NCBI GenBank assembly: GCA_964454195.1 | Contig: CAYVRD010000002.1 | Span: 1 to 52,935 of the forward strand | Origin: an uncultured Clostridia bacterium | GTDB lineage: Bacteria > Bacillota > Desulfitisporia > Desulfitisporales > JAWSUQ01 | Reading direction: 5' to 3' | DNA: 52,935 bases | Shown here: positions 48,492 to 52,935 of the stretch, piece after piece | Layout: every line of letters begins with the position of its first letter | Numbering within the stretch: position 1 is the stretch's first letter | Made by a program: the position numbers and the translations under genes | The notes under the pieces: model-generated | What the model saw: only the letters and a program-made list of their open reading frames with translations | Told to the model about the DNA's origin: nothing | Databases searched by the model: none

Positions 48492-49694
48492 TTAAAAATT
48501 GTTGCCTAAATCGTCCTTCCAAGGGTCGCCAGCAGCCCAGTGGCTGCCACCACTAATTTTTTCTGAACGCTCTCTTATAATGTCTGCTCGCGATAAAACC
48601 TCTGGCTTTAATTCAGCACCAATTCCAACTCCCTCAGGTAGCTGCATTTGTCCGTTCTTAATTTGGATTGGCTGAGTTACTAGCTTTTCAAAGTAGGTGT
48701 TATAAAATGCCCGTACTGTTTCACAAATAAAGAGGTTTGGGATATTGGCACATATATGGGCATTTGCTAAGCTCATAATAGGTCCACCACAATTATGGGG
48801 GGCTATTGGCAATTGAAAGGCAGAGGCTAATATAGCAATCTTCTTCACTTCTGAAATACCACCAGTCCAAGTTATGTCTGGCATTATAATGTCTGCAGCC
48901 TTTTTCTCCATCAAAGGCAAAAATTGAAATCTAGAAAACAGTCTCTCACTTGCGCAGATGGGTGTTTTGGTAGCTTGCCGCAATTGTACCAGACTGTCAG
49001 TATGATCAGCTTGAACCATATCTTCCAGCCACATAATATTGTACTCCTCTAATGCATGGGCTATTTTAATAGCAGCTGGAACATTCCAACAGCAATGTCC
49101 TTCCATAGCTATTTCAATCTCATTTCCAACCGCTTGTCTAATTTCTCTGACGATCTTTATCCCTTGTTCTAATAACTGATTAGATATGGATTGACCTAAT
49201 GTTGGTACGCTTAACTCATCAAAGGGCCATATTTTCATTGCCTTAATGCCATCTTTTAGCAAGTCTTCTGCCAGCTTTCCTGGACTTTCTAAAAACATCT
49301 CCCTGTCTTTATAAGCTCCGTGGCTTACACAAGTATTATAGATTGGTATTTCATCTCGGCATTTTCCACCAAGTAGGTTATAGATTGGCTGGTTAGTAAC
49401 TTTGCCTAAAATGTCCCATAAGGCAATATCAACAGCACTCAAGGCTCGCATTTCTGCTCCTGCATAGCCATGATAGTGAATAGCTTGAAAAATATCTTGA
49501 TAGATTCTTTCAATTTCTAACGGACTTCTCCCAATAACAATGTCGGCAATTACATCGTGAATTATTCTCCGGGAAGATGCTGGCCGGGGAAAGGTCTCTC
49601 CTAATCCTGTAATTCCTTGATCTGTGTGTACTTGCACCCAGAGTAAATGGGGATGCTCAGGAACTTGAATAGTTTCAATAGAGGTAATTTTCAA
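48492..49694 (-). CDS. Enolase-superfamily (mandelate racemase / muconate lactonizing enzyme family) sugar-acid dehydratase-like protein
   Basis: The 400-aa protein has the typical N-terminus (M)KITSIETIQV...VHTDQGITGLGET and a barrel-domain metal-ligand layout. It has a TTG start behind AAGGA. Confidence 0.85.
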   Translation of the reverse strand: MKITSIETIQVPEHPHLLWVQVHTDQGITGLGETFPRPASSRRIIHDVIADIVIGRSPLEIERIYQDIFQAIHYHGYAGAEMRALSAVDIALWDILGKVTNQPIYNLLGGKCRDEIPIYNTCVSHGAYKDREMFLESPGKLAEDLLKDGIKAMKIWPFDELSVPTLGQSISNQLLEQGIKIVREIRQAVGNEIEIAMEGHCCWNVPAAIKIAHALEEYNIMWLEDMVQADHTDSLVQLRQATKTPICASERLFSRFQFLPLMEKKAADIIMPDITWTGGISEVKKIAILASAFQLPIAPHNCGGPIMSLANAHICANIPNLFICETVRAFYNTYFEKLVTQPIQIKNGQMQLPEGVGIGAELKPEVLSRADIIRERSEKISGGSHWAAGDPWKDDLGNNF

Positions 49695-49753
49695 TGGTCT
49701 TCATCCTTTCTCTCTTCTAATTTTTTATAATTTTAAGTTTCTTATAAAAGCTA

Positions 49754-50266
49754 TTATCTAGGAAGTCCTTGATTCTCCGTCTTTAAGTTATGAGGATTAA
49801 TAAGAAGGGTATTAGCTATATTGTCATCGGTTATTACTCGGGCCACAATTGCTGTCACTATAATGGCAATAATCAGCCTCGTTATTATCAGCATAGTGCC
49901 GCTTGCGCCAACTACCATAAATAGAAGGGTATCTTCTACTAATGCGTGGCATAGGGCTAAAAAGGTGTTAATTATTATTAACTCCCGTGCATTTAAATGA
50001 CCTTCTTTTACGTATTGAATTATAACTCCTGCCCCGTAGGTTAACCCAAAGACTATTCCTACTAACAGGGGAAAGCTGGCTTTACCAGACAGCTTAAAAA
50101 AGCTGGTTACTGGCTGAAAAATATCGCTTATTTTGTCTAGTAGCTTTAAGTCCTTTGTTATTTCAATGAAAATCATCAAGGGAAATACAATTTTAGCGAT
50201 AGCTAGCAGCTGACTTAAGCTTCCTCCTATTCCTTCCTTTAACACCTCTATGATAAAGTCAAGCAT
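49754..50266 (-). CDS. Small membrane protein with a nucleoside-recognition (Gate) domain, YjiG/SpmB-like
   Basis: This 170-aa hydrophobic protein is paired with a second Gate-type ORF immediately upstream. Confidence 0.55.
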   Translation of the reverse strand: MLDFIIEVLKEGIGGSLSQLLAIAKIVFPLMIFIEITKDLKLLDKISDIFQPVTSFFKLSGKASFPLLVGIVFGLTYGAGVIIQYVKEGHLNARELIIINTFLALCHALVEDTLLFMVVGASGTMLIITRLIIAIIVTAIVARVITDDNIANTLLINPHNLKTENQGLPR

Positions 50267-50281
50267 TATCTCATCCCCAAT

Positions 50282-50710
50282 TTAAAGAATCAAGTTCATG
50301 ACTATTCCAGTTATAAAAGCTACTCCTAGGCGCAGACTGCTTAAATACCAGCCTCTAATACCAGTTCTCACTCCTACGGCTGTCTCAACAAGCAAGCTAT
50401 GGGAGATAGTGAGCATTATAGCGATTATAGCGATCTCTTTTGCATTAAAGGATAGCGATAATATGGCTCCTATGGCTGCATAGATGTTGAGTACTTTCCC
50501 AATAACTAAGACCAAGGCAGCCTCTCCCGGGAGACCTACTATCTTAGTAATAGGCTTCATTAACTCAGCTATCCATTCTAAAATACCTGTATGGCTTAAA
50601 AATACTACTAGAGTATAAACTGGCACAATTACCTTTCCTAGTAGCCACATTGTGTTGAGGCCGTTTTTGCCCCCTCTTATAAACGTATCTCTAGTTATCA
50701 ATTCATTCAC
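50282..50710 (-). CDS. Small membrane protein with a nucleoside-recognition (Gate) domain, YjiH/SpmA-like
   Basis: This 142-aa hydrophobic protein has an uncertain start. The GTG at 50710 is only 1 nt from GGAG. Confidence 0.5.
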   Translation of the reverse strand: MNELITRDTFIRGGKNGLNTMWLLGKVIVPVYTLVVFLSHTGILEWIAELMKPITKIVGLPGEAALVLVIGKVLNIYAAIGAILSLSFNAKEIAIIAIMLTISHSLLVETAVGVRTGIRGWYLSSLRLGVAFITGIVMNLIL

Positions 50711-50725
50711 ACTCCTAATTTACTA

Positions 50726-51694
50726 CTAGAGAGTTTTGATTCCGCCCCGACTTAATTCCTCTTTATTCTTCTGTTTGTAATTTACAATTAAAATACCAAT
50801 AATAACTAAGATTAAGGCAAATAGACTATTTAGGTGAGGAACTTCTCCCAGCAATACAGTAGAAAGGGTTACCCCAGTTACAGGAATAAAAAACAGATAG
50901 GGAGACACTTTTCCTACATAGTTGTACTTTATCACTTTATTCCAAAGAATAAATCCACAGGCTGAAAGAAATCCTAAGTATAGTAACACTAATAAAGCTT
51001 TTCCGCTGTAAATGAAGGGCAGCACTCCTACTTTAACACTACCTAATACTAATAGCCCTAGAGAGCCGAATAGCATTTGATAGCCACAAAGGTAAACTAA
51101 GTCCATGGTTGGAGCGTATTGCTTAGATAAGACATTTCCCAGCGCTCCTAAAAACATGGCCATCAATATAAATAGCTCGCCTATTCCAAAATCAAGCTGT
51201 AAATCGCCCCGGCTAAGATTTACAAGTATGACCCCAGTAAAACCAACTAATAAGCCAATCACTTTTCTCCAATTTAGGCTGTCATTAGCTAGCATAAAGT
51301 GGGCTAGTATAACCTGAAAGAAGGTTAGGGTTCCTGAGATAATTGATCCTTGAATTCCAGTGCTGTAAGCGATGCCAATGGGAAAGAAGAAATACTGCAA
51401 GAATGTGAGTATAAAGCCTACCTTAAATAAGGCCTTTAAGTCTTTTTTCTCCACAGGGGTATATCCCTTAGTCAAAAATAAATAGCCAATAATTAAGAGC
51501 GACGCTAACAAGAATCTGTGACTAGAAAATACTAGCTGCTCAAAAATATCCTTCTCCTGTATATCCAAAATAGCATAGGCAAGCTTCATGAAGGGAAAAG
51601 CACTGCCCCAGAGAGATGCTGCTGTTACAGCACCTATTACTACACCTACCTTGCTGGTAAAAAACTTTTCTTCTCTACTTATCAAGGCCACCAC
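50726..51694 (-). CDS. DMT-superfamily (EamA) transporter
   Basis: The 322-aa protein has about 10 TM helices in two EamA-like halves. Confidence 0.8.
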   Translation of the reverse strand: MVALISREEKFFTSKVGVVIGAVTAASLWGSAFPFMKLAYAILDIQEKDIFEQLVFSSHRFLLASLLIIGYLFLTKGYTPVEKKDLKALFKVGFILTFLQYFFFPIGIAYSTGIQGSIISGTLTFFQVILAHFMLANDSLNWRKVIGLLVGFTGVILVNLSRGDLQLDFGIGELFILMAMFLGALGNVLSKQYAPTMDLVYLCGYQMLFGSLGLLVLGSVKVGVLPFIYSGKALLVLLYLGFLSACGFILWNKVIKYNYVGKVSPYLFFIPVTGVTLSTVLLGEVPHLNSLFALILVIIGILIVNYKQKNKEELSRGGIKTL

Positions 51695-51721
51695 TTCTTT
51701 TTATTTAGTCATAATATCAGG

Positions 51722-52636
51722 TTAAAGGAGAAAAAGGATGAAGGGGATAGTAACTATACATAAAAAAGTAGTAATAAAAACAACAGAGGCTGAAAAATCG
51801 GCATTTCCAACATATCTCTGATATAACAGAGGTGCTCCCACCATAGAAGGAGTTGCTGCCTCTAATAGAATTACTCCTGACAATAGCTCATTATAACCTA
51901 GTAGCTTTAGTAGGAACAAAATACATAACGGCAGTATAAATAACTTAATAGCGATGACACTAATTATCCTTTTATCCCATAGCTTTATTTTTCCTTTAAT
52001 TTGAGATAACAAGCCTCCTACAAAAAGCATAGCTAAAGGTGTTGCCATTCCGCTAACCATCCTTATACCATCAACAGCTAGTTTGGGTAAATCAATATTT
52101 AATAAGCTTATACCTAAGCCAACGAATAATGCTATAATAGGCGGACTAATCATATTTCTTAGCAAATCATCTCTGTTGCTCCGGCCGCCTAACATGATCG
52201 CTATACCTAAGGTAAAGAGAATAAAGGTATGTCCGAAATCTATTACTGATGCTAGGAGAGCTCCCTGTCCACCAAATATAGCTAAGGCTACTGGTATGCC
52301 GATAAACCCAGTATTACCATACGCCCCTGTCAAGTAAAATTCTGCTCTTTTTCCCTGCTCCAATTTAATTATTCTTATAGCCAAATAGCATATTACATAG
52401 CCTATAAAAATTATCACTGCCGAAAAAATCAGGGCAATATACATATCCTTTAAAAGACTAATATCAAAACCGATGATAAAGCTATAGAGTATTAAAGCGG
52501 GTATTGCATAATCAACCACTATTTTAGCAATATCGTCTAAGCTTTCTTTTTTTAATTTTGCTATATAGCCTAATAAAATCATAGCAAACATTAATAATAA
52601 ATTGCTGCTTAGGTCTATTATTAGATCCATATGCAT
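51722..52636 (-). CDS. AEC-family (auxin efflux carrier / malate-permease-like) transporter
   Basis: This 304-aa polytopic protein has an AEC-like organisation and a GGAGG RBS. Confidence 0.75.
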   Translation of the reverse strand: MHMDLIIDLSSNLLLMFAMILLGYIAKLKKESLDDIAKIVVDYAIPALILYSFIIGFDISLLKDMYIALIFSAVIIFIGYVICYLAIRIIKLEQGKRAEFYLTGAYGNTGFIGIPVALAIFGGQGALLASVIDFGHTFILFTLGIAIMLGGRSNRDDLLRNMISPPIIALFVGLGISLLNIDLPKLAVDGIRMVSGMATPLAMLFVGGLLSQIKGKIKLWDKRIISVIAIKLFILPLCILFLLKLLGYNELLSGVILLEAATPSMVGAPLLYQRYVGNADFSASVVFITTFLCIVTIPFILFLL

Positions 52637-52671
52637 ATGTTTTCCTCCACCATCACTTATCTTTATGATTA

Positions 52672-52935
52672 CTAGCTCTTATCTCCTCGCCCCCGGTTAC
52701 TTTCTACATTTTGCAAATGAACATGACAGCCTACAGAAATAGGACAAGAAGCTATCCCTATGACAGCACCGTATTTAACTACTTCATCACCTGGGGAAAG
52801 GTCTGCTAAGGAAAATTTGTGACCAGCTTCAACAGCTTCACGGAGTACTATCTTTACCTGCTCTCCCTCTAAGATAATTTCCGTAGTCTTTCTGAGGGTT
52901 AGTGGTAGCAGAAGTGCTTAATTCAATTCCTGTCT
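52672..52935 (-). CDS. UxaA-family (altronate dehydratase-type) N-terminal SAF-domain protein, partial or short subunit
   Basis: My own translation ends ...VKIVLREAVEAGHKFSLADLSPGDEVVKYGAVIGIASCPISVGCHVHLQNVESNRGRGDKS* with the stop at 52672-52674. The GHKF(A/S)L...G..V.KYG..IG.A...I..G.HVH block is the UxaA SAF signature. The N-terminus at the window edge is unresolved. Confidence 0.55.

Noticed and set aside
52900-52935. Possible in-frame TAA near the window edge in the UxaA-like ORF (which would make it a pseudogene or very short subunit)
   Set aside because: I could not fix the reading frame confidently in the last ~30 nt at the window edge, and the true start may lie outside the window. 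The N-terminus therefore stays unresolved and I make no pseudogene claim.

Overview
This 52.9-kb window comes from a low-GC, Clostridia-like Firmicute chromosome. That assignment is an inference from the SLH-anchored surface protein, the SpoIIE-type phosphatase, the ECF sigma pair and strong GGAGG ribosome-binding sites. I support about 45 protein-coding genes and found no rRNA, tRNA or CRISPR array. From 1 to 17.2 kb the window holds housekeeping and stress genes: a Cache-PAS-PP2C sensor phosphatase, tyrS, a TraB-family gene, bioB, katG and an ECF sigma/anti-sigma pair. The same stretch holds a truncated glutathione-peroxidase remnant and a two-component system (7TM LytS/YesM-type kinase plus REC-SARP regulator) next to a 954-aa beta-helix/SLH surface protein. 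An identical tandem 11-nt direct-repeat operator fused to TATAAT lies in front of both the regulator gene and the surface-protein gene. From 17.4 to 29.4 kb lies a visibly AT-rich accessory island, which is the most interesting part of the window. It is a tightly packed minus-strand array: a Toprim/JetD-like protein, a 531-aa unknown, a 240-aa unknown, a 1444-aa SMC-like coiled-coil ATPase with an atypical D-N Walker B, and a SWIM-SNF2 helicase. This is a Wadjet/Mks-like architecture with permuted gene order and an extra helicase. A RAYT/IS200-like HUH transposase flanked by perfect 23-bp inverted repeats sits immediately upstream of it. From 29.4 to 37.8 kb a nine-gene plus-strand operon resembles the N-methylglutamate (gamma-glutamyl-amine) pathway. 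It encodes a GS-like ligase, three split GltB-type subunits, a four-part FAD/Fe-S dehydrogenase and RidA, and it sits behind a promoter plus a strong leader terminator of unknown control. From 37.8 to 52.9 kb the window holds a MacB/FtsX-type ABC exporter, a MalT-like LuxR regulator with a repeat-bracketed GNAT/serine-hydrolase/alpha-beta-hydrolase cassette, zupT bracketed by near-identical terminators, and a sugar-acid-type operon (UxaA-like, AEC, EamA, split Gate-domain proteins, enolase-superfamily dehydratase). All functional calls rest on motifs I could read in the translations. No database search was run.
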